IMG/VR virus record: IMGVR_UViG_3300020043_006205
Span: 1-29,679 of that record
Length of the DNA: 29,679 nt
DNA from: a virus
Lineage: Duplodnaviria > Caudoviricetes
Reading direction: 5' to 3' (one strand)
Notes under the pieces: model-generated
Seen by the model: only the letters and a program-made list of their open reading frames with translations
The model's database searches: none
What the model was told of the DNA's origin: nothing
Shown here: positions 16,759 to 26,184 of the stretch, in pieces
How the letters are laid out: every line of letters begins with the position of its first letter
Position numbering within the stretch: the stretch's first letter is position 1
Position numbers and translations under genes: made by a program

Positions 16759-17484
16759 TTATCCTATTGAAGATTGCCCAGCATTCATAAATGCTCTTGA
16801 ATTATATTGTCCGCCACCAGTTGAACTAAAGCCGGAAGGTGATTTTGTTCCGCCAGATTGACCGGCTTGCAAAGCCATTAAACTTCCAAATTGAGATAAT
16901 CCTCCACCAATGATATTTCCCATTTGAGCATCTCTATTAGCCATTGCCATTCCTTGGCCCAAAATGCCTTGTTGAGAAGCATTTGCCATTCCTGTTGCAG
17001 ACATCAATTCTGCATTACCCATAGCCGTTGCTGCATTTTGACCAATTCCCGCAAGTCCTTGTAAATATCCAACTTGGTTACCAAATTCTTGCGATGCTGT
17101 TCCTTGAGCAAATTCTTCAAGAGCTTTCATTGCCGCGCCTGATTTGAGGCCGCCTTTTGAAGCTAACAATCTTTGGATTGAGTTTTGACCTTGATTTAAA
17201 CGAAATTGATAGCCCGGACTTGCCTCTAAACGAGCCTGAGTTGCTACAGGGTCACCAGTAAGATATTGTTGGAGTAAATTTAAACCACTTCTGCCAGCTT
17301 CTTCGTAAGGTTGCTGGTATGATAAAGCCTTATCCCTACCTTGACGCATTTGCATCAAATAAGCATCCATGGCATTAGCTTGAGCTTTTGCTGATTTTTT
17401 TGCTGATTTGTTTGCGAAATAGCCTTGGGTAATGCCCCCGACTACCATTGCTCCGCCTGCTACGCCCGCTACTGCAAAAGTCAT
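16759..17484 (-). CDS. Putative DNA ejection protein (P22 gp7-like)
   Basis: Gly/Ala/Gln-rich; PGYQFRLNQG and GGLKSGAAMKAL motifs. Confidence 0.8.
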   Translation of the reverse strand: MTFAVAGVAGGAMVVGGITQGYFANKSAKKSAKAQANAMDAYLMQMRQGRDKALSYQQPYEEAGRSGLNLLQQYLTGDPVATQARLEASPGYQFRLNQGQNSIQRLLASKGGLKSGAAMKALEEFAQGTASQEFGNQVGYLQGLAGIGQNAATAMGNAELMSATGMANASQQGILGQGMAMANRDAQMGNIIGGGLSQFGSLMALQAGQSGGTKSPSGFSSTGGGQYNSRAFMNAGQSSIG

Positions 17485-17485
17485 T

Positions 17486-18022
17486 TTAAGCTCCTAATAA
17501 ATTTGATTTATCAATCCAAGATAAATCGCTTTCATGTACTAATTCATTTTCCAAATCTTCAACAACAGTATGTTCGCTTTGGTGAATAGTAGCCCATATT
17601 GTTTCTTCATGGACATAAATTAATCGTTTTGTGCCTGCTTTAGAAATCCATGTTGCAGGCGCTTTTATGCGGGCAACTCCTTCATTGGTCATAATTGTCA
17701 CCTCACCTTTAGACAAAATGCTAGTATGGTCGAAATTGTGAACCTTACCAGTCAAGATTATATCTTTTGGCAAAGTTATCTGCCTGGTGTAGGTTTTATT
17801 GCAAATAAAATGCTCTAGTGGAAGCTCCTTAGCTGTTTGCTCAGAGCCTTCGAAATAGTTTTTCAAATAGTACTCTGCCAACTCTATTTTTTGCATGTTT
17901 GACAGAACTGCAACATCTTGGCTGTATTTTTCAGCCATTACTGGCAAATTAAAACAATCCTCGCCTCTAGTTTCTACCGACAAATCTTCATCTGATATTG
18001 GTAATGGTGCAGATATGTTCAT
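17486..18022 (-). CDS. Cupin-like phage protein
   Basis: TGKVHNFDH...SKG...GTKR...WATIH pattern; directly precedes the ejection genes. Confidence 0.7.
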   Translation of the reverse strand: MNISAPLPISDEDLSVETRGEDCFNLPVMAEKYSQDVAVLSNMQKIELAEYYLKNYFEGSEQTAKELPLEHFICNKTYTRQITLPKDIILTGKVHNFDHTSILSKGEVTIMTNEGVARIKAPATWISKAGTKRLIYVHEETIWATIHQSEHTVVEDLENELVHESDLSWIDKSNLLGA

Positions 18023-18101
18023 TCGAGTGTTTTTTATTAGCAGCCATCATTTACTCAAAAGGTTCTGCAAAAATTTGTTATTAAAAATTAAAAAGCAAAA
18101 A

Positions 18102-18200
18102 CTATTTCTTTTTTCCGCCTTTTTTAGTTCCGCATTTTTTCATATGCTTCATTGAACTTTTCATTGATTTTTTTTCTGATTTTACTGGCTTCTTTTTCAT
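18102..18200 (-). CDS. 32-aa Lys-rich peptide MKKKPVKSEKKSMKSSMKHMKKCGTKKGGKKK, not in the ORF track
   Basis: Manual translation; starts 4 nt after the ParB-like stop. Confidence 0.6.
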   Translation of the reverse strand: MKKKPVKSEKKSMKSSMKHMKKCGTKKGGKKK

Positions 18201-18204
18201 AATT

Positions 18205-18552
18205 TTATGATTTAAATGGTTCTGGCATAACTTCCAATCGTTTTGCTTTGACTGTTGTTCTACCTTCTAAAATTGCTTTTGCTATTCTGTGCCAGCCATC
18301 GCAAACATAGCCAGTTGAATCAATTATAACTGGATATTTGAGATCAGCCTTTTCGATTCTTTTCCAATGATAAAGAAAGCTCGTTAAAGTTGCTTGGCAA
18401 ATAGGGTGATTCATATTGACCGCGACAAGTGGCAAATCAAATTCCTCTAAATCTTGCGCTGCCTTAATTAAATCTTGAACCTCATAGGTTTTATCCCCAC
18501 TGCAAAAATTGCTGTCTAAATAGTGAAAATCGTCTATTCTAATTGGTTTCAT
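18205..18552 (-). CDS. Stand-alone ParB/Srx-like domain protein
   Basis: YPVII...VCDGWHRIAKA motif. Confidence 0.8.
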   Translation of the reverse strand: MKPIRIDDFHYLDSNFCSGDKTYEVQDLIKAAQDLEEFDLPLVAVNMNHPICQATLTSFLYHWKRIEKADLKYPVIIDSTGYVCDGWHRIAKAILEGRTTVKAKRLEVMPEPFKS

Positions 18553-18554
18553 AT

Positions 18555-18770
18555 TTACTCATAATTTGGAACTGGTGCTTCAATAAACTTGTCTTTTGTT
18601 TCTGGCCTTGAATCAGGTATTTTAAAGGCTGGAGGGTAAACAATCCCAGTATCCTGAGGCTGTCTTCTCCTCCAGACCTTTTTCCAAACTAATTTGCCGT
18701 CCCATTCATATTGACATTCTGAACGCCATTTTTTGAAGCCAGTTCTGTCGCATATTACTCGGTAGTCCAT
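18555..18770 (-). CDS. Small conserved head-module protein
   Basis: ICDRTGFK...RQPQD...RPE pattern of podovirus head modules. Confidence 0.7.
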   Translation of the reverse strand: MDYRVICDRTGFKKWRSECQYEWDGKLVWKKVWRRRQPQDTGIVYPPAFKIPDSRPETKDKFIEAPVPNYE

Positions 18771-18771
18771 A

Positions 18772-19419
18772 TTAATTAACCTGAATTAACAATTTGCCAC
18801 CAGAAGAATAAGAGTTAATTTTAACCCTCATAGCTTCCGGAACTTCAACATAGTTACTATTTGCAGAAGCTGTTGCTCCTACAACCTCGGTATCAGAACT
18901 GTCAAGCCAATTAAACGTCCGATCTGTTGGAGATTGAATGTTGTCATTGGTTTGTTGGACAGTGTAGTTGATAGTTCCAGTGACAATAAAAGTTAGTCCC
19001 GCATGTCTCTCACTTCTGTCTGAGCTAGTTCTTTTGATTGGAATAATCTGAGAAATAGCTTCATCCACTGGCCCGGCTTTTGTATTAGTGCCAACAGCGC
19101 CACTTGCAGAAACTGACTGAATTGAATAAAAATAATTCGTAGTCTCTACAGTGTTGTTGTTTGGCCCGGCAATAGTTTCAGAAATTGGAATTGTTCTATT
19201 CTTGTCTTGATAGCCAGAAATAGTAAAATTGACTCCCGAAATGTTGCCAGCCGATGCAAATCCAATCTGTTTAGCAAATAAATCTGGCGTAACCCATTCG
19301 CCACTAACAACTCCAGCCCCGTTAAGGACAAAGTTGCCAGCGCCACCTAGTGTCTGATTCTGGAGAACTCCATCATCATCAACATCGGCCAGATTCATAT
19401 TTATTTCGATTCTGCGCAT
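18772..19419 (-). CDS. Putative virion structural protein
   Basis: Beta-rich 215 aa, downstream of the capsid gene. Confidence 0.65.
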   Translation of the reverse strand: MRRIEINMNLADVDDDGVLQNQTLGGAGNFVLNGAGVVSGEWVTPDLFAKQIGFASAGNISGVNFTISGYQDKNRTIPISETIAGPNNNTVETTNYFYSIQSVSASGAVGTNTKAGPVDEAISQIIPIKRTSSDRSERHAGLTFIVTGTINYTVQQTNDNIQSPTDRTFNWLDSSDTEVVGATASANSNYVEVPEAMRVKINSYSSGGKLLIQVN

Positions 19420-19421
19420 TT

Positions 19422-20120
19422 CTACCTCTCTTTTGCAACAAGGATGTAGTCTAAAGATAGGGTTTTAGCCACTGCTTCGCCATTTTGGATAGCAAAAGAA
19501 ACGGTCAATTCCTCATCGTCAGGAAGATTGGTTATTGCCAATTTACCGAGAACGGTTGGGTTGTTGCTATTAACTGAAGCCGCGTAAAGTATTTCGTCAG
19601 AACCATTATAATAGAAACCTACAGTAATGTATTCATTATCAGAAAGAGTAGCGATTGCACTAGCAGTAGAAACAGTTGAGTCTTTTGACACAACAAAATC
19701 TAAACTAGCATCGCCAGCATCTTTTCTGAAATAGACGCCATCGCTTACAGCCAAAGGAGTAGTATCAGTGATTTGAAGACCAATTACTAGATCAGATTGG
19801 ATTGCGTCAGAAACAGCAAATCTAGCTTTGAAAAATAATTTTTTACCAGATTCAAACTTAAATGATTCGCCAACTTTTTGCAAAGCGTTCAAATCATTAT
19901 CCGCCGCTGAGTTAGTAAGCAAAAGGACGCCACCATCAACATTGGCTAGTGCTTGAGTTGCACTAGATTGAGTTTCAGTGACAACCCAATCTGCCGCAGC
20001 ATAGGTGTCGAAATCGTTAAAATAAGTGTGCATTTGAGACGGATCCAGTTGGATCATTTGTCCCAAAATGTTTTGAGCCTTAATGTTATTAAGACCATTT
20101 GGAAAATTTGTAGAAGGCAT
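19422..20120 (-). CDS. Putative virion protein, beta-sandwich/lectin-like
   Basis: Likely start MPSTNFPNG at 20120, because the longer track start lies inside a hairpin. Confidence 0.65.
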   Translation of the reverse strand: MPSTNFPNGLNNIKAQNILGQMIQLDPSQMHTYFNDFDTYAAADWVVTETQSSATQALANVDGGVLLLTNSAADNDLNALQKVGESFKFESGKKLFFKARFAVSDAIQSDLVIGLQITDTTPLAVSDGVYFRKDAGDASLDFVVSKDSTVSTASAIATLSDNEYITVGFYYNGSDEILYAASVNSNNPTVLGKLAITNLPDDEELTVSFAIQNGEAVAKTLSLDYILVAKER

Positions 20121-20124
20121 AGAT

Positions 20125-20176
20125 AAAAAAATTAGCTGTGGGGGGAATTTCACCCCCCTTTGCCCAATAGGACAGC
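20125..20176 (-). terminator. Hairpin/terminator after the major capsid gene
   Basis: GGGGGG-TGAAATT-CCCCCC nested in GCTGT/ACAGC, then a T tract. Confidence 0.65.
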
Positions 20177-20185
20177 AGTTAGAGA

Positions 20186-21091
20186 TTAAACGCCTTGAGA
20201 AGCGAAATAACCACGAGGATCAGTAACGCCAATTGCGTATGAAGTCATAATTTTGTATTTATGATCTCCAGACTCAAAAGCGCCATCATTGCTAAACTCG
20301 CCTTGTACGGCAGTGATCATTTTAGCACCTTCTGGAGCGTCAGTTTTAATGAAGTAAGCATCATCTGAAGTTAGATGAGAATTTGCAACAATGCCTTCAG
20401 AGAATAGACCCATGTATTTCAAAGCGTTAACATCGTTATTAGCGGTACTAACACGAAGTTGAGATTCAAGGATACGAGTTGCTTCAAACATCAAAGCAGA
20501 CGGAACATGAAGAAGAACTGGCTTAATTTTAGCTTTAATTCCTCTGTCGTTGTTTGTTTCTTTGATTTGAATACACAATTCTTCAAGAGCTTCTTCGCAT
20601 AAATCTTGAGGAGTTAGCAAAGTGTTTGAAAAACCGCCAGCACGTGTTGGGTGATCGGAAGCAAAGAAAGCTTTACCGTCTCCAAAAGTGTAGCTTGAAT
20701 CAAAGCCATTATTGAAAAGATTCGCAACGTCAACTTCTTTAGTCTCACGAAGAGAAAGAGCTAAGTATTCGTTACCTTTAGCAACAACGTTGAAGTATTT
20801 TCCAAATTTGCGAGCTTCCCAAGAAACTTGATAACCCAAAGCACGAGTTCTTTGTTGGTATCTAGTGATGTAGCCTTGAGACATTGAGTCGTAATCGACA
20901 CCAGCGCCCTCGTTCTTAGTGTTTAGAAGACCAAACGGACTGACCAACACATCTTCATCGAATTGCTCGTCAGTTGTATCCATCTTAACGAGTTTAGATG
21001 CGAGAAGATCGTCTTCAGAATAAGAACCCCAGAAAGTTTTAACTCCGGGTTTCAAAGCTTTTGGTATAGTACCAGTTACAATAATAGACAT
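20186..21091 (-). CDS. Major capsid protein (Mu gpT-like, HK97 fold)
   Basis: 301 aa; SLRETKE, GDGKAFFASDHP and DPRGYFAS motifs; position in the head module. Confidence 0.88.
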   Translation of the reverse strand: MSIIVTGTIPKALKPGVKTFWGSYSEDDLLASKLVKMDTTDEQFDEDVLVSPFGLLNTKNEGAGVDYDSMSQGYITRYQQRTRALGYQVSWEARKFGKYFNVVAKGNEYLALSLRETKEVDVANLFNNGFDSSYTFGDGKAFFASDHPTRAGGFSNTLLTPQDLCEEALEELCIQIKETNNDRGIKAKIKPVLLHVPSALMFEATRILESQLRVSTANNDVNALKYMGLFSEGIVANSHLTSDDAYFIKTDAPEGAKMITAVQGEFSNDGAFESGDHKYKIMTSYAIGVTDPRGYFASQGV

Positions 21092-21119
21092 ATTTTTAAA
21101 ATTATTTTAGGTTAATTAG

Positions 21120-21731
21120 TTAGATTCCAGCAGTTGCGTTTGCTTCTGTGTGGTTGTTGATTCTAACGCGCCATTTAGCATGTTGTCCAATAGCGTTCTC
21201 AGGAGCATCTAGCAATCGTAAGATTCTAAGCTGGAAAGTCGCATCTGTACCAGGTGTGGTTGTATCCAATTCAGCACCAGAAAGACCAGTAACAGCAGAA
21301 CCAGACTCAGCGTAAACCAAGTTTGCGTTTAGACCAACAGAAGTAATAGCCAAAGGAGAGCCAGCAGATTCTTCTTGAATTTCAAATTCTTGAAGTGGGC
21401 TGTCAGCAACGATAGCAACTCTTTCAGTTGAAGCTGGATTGTAGGCAACGTTTAGGTTGGTTGGCATAGCCAAAAACCCAATAATAACACCAGTAATTTT
21501 ATTGGCATCACCAGCGGCTGCTTTGTTAATTTCTGGCAAAGAACCAGGCGCAAAAGGTCTGCCATCACTAAGAACAGCAGCGCTATTTGAAGTTCCAGTT
21601 TTTACAACAGGATCTCCAATGAATAATGCAGTTGCGTAGCTTGCAGGGATGTAGTAGTAGTTTTTAGGGATCTCCACGAATGGGGAGTTTTTAATTGGTA
21701 CAAGACCAAAAGGAGTATTAGCGTTAGCCAT
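21120..21731 (-). CDS. Capsid decoration/cement-like protein
   Basis: MANANTPFGLVP N terminus; directly upstream of the capsid gene. Confidence 0.7.
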   Translation of the reverse strand: MANANTPFGLVPIKNSPFVEIPKNYYYIPASYATALFIGDPVVKTGTSNSAAVLSDGRPFAPGSLPEINKAAAGDANKITGVIIGFLAMPTNLNVAYNPASTERVAIVADSPLQEFEIQEESAGSPLAITSVGLNANLVYAESGSAVTGLSGAELDTTTPGTDATFQLRILRLLDAPENAIGQHAKWRVRINNHTEANATAGI

Positions 21732-21736
21732 AAATT

Positions 21737-22261
21737 TTAAATTGTTTTGTTAATGGTTTTTTGTGAGTCATGCCCCACGTAAGTCATTGAGCCAGAACCA
21801 AGATCGTTGCCTTTCATTTTTTCGAGGCTTTCTTGTTGTTTGCTTTCTGCTCTTATCTTATTGTCTCTCTCAATTTTTTTGTTCATTTCCTCAGAAATCT
21901 CCATGGCGTAACGCATGAACGTTTCGCCTTGTTTATTTGTGCCACCTCTTATTGGAGCGATTTCAACGCCGTTTTCATCGGTAGCGGGCTTATATCCCAG
22001 GTCAACCAAATCTTGGATGCGTCCTGGTATATTAGAAGAAACCCATCTGCGTACAAAACCTGGTTTTTTAGGCAAGTCAGATACGGAGCCAAATCTCTTA
22101 AGAGAAGTGCGCGGGGTTCTAATAAATTCTTTTCCATCTGGAAGTTTAACTACTTCAAAATCGCGATTTACTGGTCTTGATTCTCTATCATCAGTTCTTA
22201 CCAATCTTTCTCTTGCGTGATCTTTTGAATTTAGTCTGTTTGATTCGATTTCTTTAGTCAT
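21737..22261 (-). CDS. Conserved head-module hypothetical protein
   Basis: PGFVRRWV...GRI...GY motif; lies between scaffold and decoration genes. Confidence 0.7.
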   Translation of the reverse strand: MTKEIESNRLNSKDHARERLVRTDDRESRPVNRDFEVVKLPDGKEFIRTPRTSLKRFGSVSDLPKKPGFVRRWVSSNIPGRIQDLVDLGYKPATDENGVEIAPIRGGTNKQGETFMRYAMEISEEMNKKIERDNKIRAESKQQESLEKMKGNDLGSGSMTYVGHDSQKTINKTI

Positions 22262-22275
22262 GTTTTTTACCTCAA

Positions 22276-23277
22276 TTAATTAAAATACTCTTTGAGAGCT
22301 TCTTGTTGCATTTTTGCAACTTGCTCTTTTGTGAAATTATGCTTTTTAGCCATAAAGTCACAAGCTTTGCGGACGTCAGCAGGCAATTCACTGTAAGAAT
22401 GATGCTTCTTTCCAACTTGAACGCCTCTTTGGCCTGATTCGACCCTTGGAGCTTTTGAGATTCCAAGTTTGTCGCCAAATCTTTCGCGGATTTCTTCAGA
22501 AACCATTTCCAACCTTTCTTGAAGAGGTATTCTTTCAGATAATTCGCCAAAACGGGCAGTTGCCGCAGCTTGCATTACTCTGTCTTGATGAAACCAAACA
22601 TTGTCAGCAGTCCAATCGTCAATGATCGTTTTATCGTCACGACTGATTTGGTTTCTTGGCTGCTCAACTTCTGGCTCCTCAAAAGAAATTTTACTTTTTT
22701 CAAAATCGAGGCGCTGTTTTTGAATAGCTCTCACCTTGGCAACATCTCCCTCTAGGATAGCAGCTTCTTCCGCTTCATCTAAAGATTGAGAGCGATTTTG
22801 AGTCTTCTCTTCGTAAGCAACTTTTTGAACGTTCAAAATCACGTTCATTTGCTTGCGAAGTTCAGACAATTCTTTTTCAACCGCAGATTTTTCCGCAGCG
22901 AGCTTTCTGTTTCTTTCGTTTAAAACAGGCGTATGTTGTTTTTGAAAAGACAAAAACTCTGCAGCGGTTTTGTAAGGTTTCGGCGTGCCATCCTTATTCA
23001 AACCCTTAAACATTTTTCCGCGCCAGCCGCCAGCCCAGGCCTCTTTCTCTTCTTCATTTAGAGTTGAGTAGTAATCTTTTTCTCTATCAGAGCGAAATTT
23101 TAACTGGAAATCAGATTCCGGCTCTAAATTTGGCTCAGAATCGACTTCTTCATTTTCAACTTCCTCTTCCATTTCTTGGAAAATTGGATCTGATTCGGTT
23201 TTCTTTTCTGGTTTTTGCTCTTCGTTAGGGACGTCAATATCAATATCTATTTCCTCAGAGCGGTCAATTACTGGCAT
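22276..23277 (-). CDS. Scaffolding protein
   Basis: Acidic N terminus, coiled coil, synteny. Confidence 0.7.
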   Translation of the reverse strand: MPVIDRSEEIDIDIDVPNEEQKPEKKTESDPIFQEMEEEVENEEVDSEPNLEPESDFQLKFRSDREKDYYSTLNEEEKEAWAGGWRGKMFKGLNKDGTPKPYKTAAEFLSFQKQHTPVLNERNRKLAAEKSAVEKELSELRKQMNVILNVQKVAYEEKTQNRSQSLDEAEEAAILEGDVAKVRAIQKQRLDFEKSKISFEEPEVEQPRNQISRDDKTIIDDWTADNVWFHQDRVMQAAATARFGELSERIPLQERLEMVSEEIRERFGDKLGISKAPRVESGQRGVQVGKKHHSYSELPADVRKACDFMAKKHNFTKEQVAKMQQEALKEYFN

Positions 23278-23624
23278 GTTTCCTCACTAGTTTTGATTGC
23301 TAAAATATGGCGGTCGAGTATAATTCTATACTCTCTCCCGTCCTTTGTTTGATCTTTGCTTAGTCTATAACCCTCATAGGAAGGAATGAGAATTTTATCG
23401 CCAACCATTGGTTTGCTTTTCCATTCTCTTTCGGTTCCTTGGTCAAAAGATTTTTCGCCAATATCAATAATCGTAGCCAGGGTTTTTGCACCCTGTAAAT
23501 CTTCCCTAGCTGTTTCAGGAAGTATAATTCCCCCCGAAGTTTTTTCTTCTACAATATCGGGTAAAATCAAAATTCTGTATTCAGGAACTTTAAAGCCTGA
23601 GGTGTTCAAATTACTCATTTTCAC
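23268..23624 (-). CDS. groES: GroES/Cpn10-like co-chaperonin
   Basis: RILILP..EEKTSGGIILPE mobile loop, VGDKIL and DGREYRII motifs. Confidence 0.9.
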   Translation of the reverse strand: MKMSNLNTSGFKVPEYRILILPDIVEEKTSGGIILPETAREDLQGAKTLATIIDIGEKSFDQGTEREWKSKPMVGDKILIPSYEGYRLSKDQTKDGREYRIILDRHILAIKTSEETCQ

Positions 23625-23895
23625 CCCAGAAAAAAAGTTTTAGCAAATTCTCTAAAAGCTCCTCATCTTTAGTGCCAAAATAAGCAGTTACTTGCTCTAA
23701 TGCTTCGCAACCTCCTAGACTGCTTAAGACTAAATCTTTATTGAAGACACCGCCTTGTCCGACATAACCGTGCGAAATATCATTAAGCACTTTCTTGCGA
23801 GAATTTTCTAAAATTTTCTTAAACTTTAAGGCCATTGGATCGTTTAACCAATCTTTCAGCTCTTGCATTTCGATTTTACTCATTTTTTTACTCAA
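23611..23895 (-). CDS. Hypothetical protein after the portal
   Basis: 94-aa helical ORF coupled to groES. Confidence 0.7.
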   Translation of the reverse strand: MSKKMSKIEMQELKDWLNDPMALKFKKILENSRKKVLNDISHGYVGQGGVFNKDLVLSSLGGCEALEQVTAYFGTKDEELLENLLKLFFWGENE

Positions 23896-23904
23896 ATTTT
23901 GTTG

Positions 23905-26103
23905 TTAGGCATCAGCAGAGGTCTCGTTCTCCTTGGTATTTTTGGTTGAGGGGACTTGGACTTGCTGATTTTCTAGCTTTGCTAGCTCTATTGCCGCTTT
24001 CAATTTCCTTTCTTCTTTGCGGTCACTTATCTCATTTTTCTTAGACTCTGCGTCAATCATGTTGTCTAGGACGTCTAATTTTTCCTTGGTTTCGGCCATT
24101 TCGGTATCTTTTACCAATTTGCCAGCTTGCGCATAATTAACCAAAATTTCAGAGTCAGATTTGGCCATTTCTTTTTGAAGTTTGGCTTGCTCTAGTTCTA
24201 ATTTAGCAGAATCAATTTGCGCTTTGGTTTGAATGTCTAAGCGCTTAGTTTCTTCTTGCGCCATTGTGACTTGCACAACTGGATCAGGTTGCGGTTGTGG
24301 CTGAATGATGAACTTGTCAAAATTCTCAATTCCGGCTGTTTCAAAAACTGTTCTATGTAGCAAAAACTGGTCAACATAAGGCGAGTTAATAAAGCCCATT
24401 AAGAACTGGGCTTTTGCAAACTTCTGCATCGAAATAACATTCTCTGGGTTCGCAACTGGGACAATGTCATAACCCTTTAGAGAGAAATCTTCTTTAACGT
24501 TCGGGCTTTCGAAAAGCTTAATGTCTAGAATTTCAGCATATTTCTTTTGCGATAAGTACTCAGAATTTAAATTGTAAAAAATTCTGATTTCTTGCTTCAA
24601 AGAGTTATAAATCCGCATGAAGACAGATTTAAACTGTTTCTGGCCTTGTTCGGCCATCCCCATGTAAGTTGTTGCAGCAATGTTTCCGGCATTTTCACCA
24701 GTTAAAACATCACGCAACGAACCCAATTCTTTGCCAGCGTTTACCAGAAACTGCATCAACACAAACAGGGTTTGCGAAGGGTCTGGCGCTGGGAGAGGGA
24801 CAATCGCGTCACGAATGTTTCCGCCAAAACTGTCAACCATTTTCCACTCAGCAGGTCTAAAAGGCTTCATCCCGCCGGTCATATTCAGCGACTTAGAAAT
24901 AAAGCCGCCGCCGGTATTTTGTAAGGTTCCTGCATCGGTCAATTGGTTGATCGAGCTATTGATTGCTGAATTGACGTTGAAAAGCAAATGCCCTAAGCCA
25001 ACGCCGTAAAAAGAACCATCAGGGGACGGGGTGAAAATGTAGCGCACGAAAAAATTGATCGCTTCAATTCGCTGAATCTCGCCTTTCTTGTTATATTTTA
25101 CGTCCTTTTCGTGGAATCTTTTAACGAGTTTTACCAGCGTATTTGTCGCTTTGTGAATTACCGCAATGTAGGGCTCTGCGTAGCCGTCATTGTCGAGATC
25201 AAGTCTTGTGTGCTGTTCGAGGAAAAGAACAAGACCCGCAGAGGCTTCGTCTGACGTTCTTTTTTCATCGTTTTGGTCTAGGCTGTTCTCGAAAGAAGCA
25301 GAATCTTGCGCGTCTGGGTCAAAATCAAAATCAATGTAATCGCCAGAGCGAATTGATGAAACAACGTCTTGCGGGTAATTCTCAATTATATGGGTGACTG
25401 GAGCTTCAAAAGATGGGGCAAAATCGTTTAAAATGAGCTTGTCCGGGTAAACTAGATTTGAGCAAATCTTCTCATTGCTTGAGTCGTAATAATCTTTCTT
25501 AAACATCGTGCCAAGAGCACTAAGAGCATTAAACAACGCATCCATATCCTGTTCGAAACCATCAATTTCTTCGTTTAGCTGATAGTTCATCACGGTTGCA
25601 ACTCTCTGGCCGCGCTTAAGTTTAGCACCTACGTTTTGGATAGCTGGCAACCCTGTCTCATCTAGAACAGCAATTGAGCCGTCATCGTTTCGCATCTCGT
25701 TGCCTTCTGGGTCTTTCATTACTTCGCCGTCATCGTTTCCGACAACTTTGGCCTTTACGATGTTACCATCTTTAAAAATTTCTGGATAGCACTTAGCCGC
25801 AAATTCAACGCAGGCAGTGGAAATCAGGGGAAAAACGATATTCGAAGAACCTTCGAAAGGAAAAGATCGCTTTTCGGTTTGCGAAAGAACGTATTTGATG
25901 ATCTGCTGGAGCTGCTTTTGCTTCTCAGAACGTGATTGCAAATCTGAACTGTAGCGAGAATTGACTTTTGACGCAATAGACGCGCGCATTTCTTCAGGCA
26001 AGATCGCGGCGATGTTGTCCGTTTCAAGAATGGTCTTAAAATTTAAGTATTGAGTAGCGTCTTGGGTTAGCAAGTTCGTTTGCGTTCTATTTTTCCAGAT
26101 CAT
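23905..26103 (-). CDS. Portal protein (P22-like)
   Basis: About 730 aa after TerL; PFEGSSNIVFPLI and NQLTDAGTLQN motifs; C-terminal helical barrel; start uncertain. Confidence 0.88.
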   Translation of the reverse strand: MIWKNRTQTNLLTQDATQYLNFKTILETDNIAAILPEEMRASIASKVNSRYSSDLQSRSEKQKQLQQIIKYVLSQTEKRSFPFEGSSNIVFPLISTACVEFAAKCYPEIFKDGNIVKAKVVGNDDGEVMKDPEGNEMRNDDGSIAVLDETGLPAIQNVGAKLKRGQRVATVMNYQLNEEIDGFEQDMDALFNALSALGTMFKKDYYDSSNEKICSNLVYPDKLILNDFAPSFEAPVTHIIENYPQDVVSSIRSGDYIDFDFDPDAQDSASFENSLDQNDEKRTSDEASAGLVLFLEQHTRLDLDNDGYAEPYIAVIHKATNTLVKLVKRFHEKDVKYNKKGEIQRIEAINFFVRYIFTPSPDGSFYGVGLGHLLFNVNSAINSSINQLTDAGTLQNTGGGFISKSLNMTGGMKPFRPAEWKMVDSFGGNIRDAIVPLPAPDPSQTLFVLMQFLVNAGKELGSLRDVLTGENAGNIAATTYMGMAEQGQKQFKSVFMRIYNSLKQEIRIFYNLNSEYLSQKKYAEILDIKLFESPNVKEDFSLKGYDIVPVANPENVISMQKFAKAQFLMGFINSPYVDQFLLHRTVFETAGIENFDKFIIQPQPQPDPVVQVTMAQEETKRLDIQTKAQIDSAKLELEQAKLQKEMAKSDSEILVNYAQAGKLVKDTEMAETKEKLDVLDNMIDAESKKNEISDRKEERKLKAAIELAKLENQQVQVPSTKNTKENETSADA

Positions 26104-26184
26104 TTACTCAATGTTTGTAAAAAAACGGCCAAAAAAATAAATGTCAAGCGTGAAAGCGTGGAATGTTTCACTTTAGCACAAATT

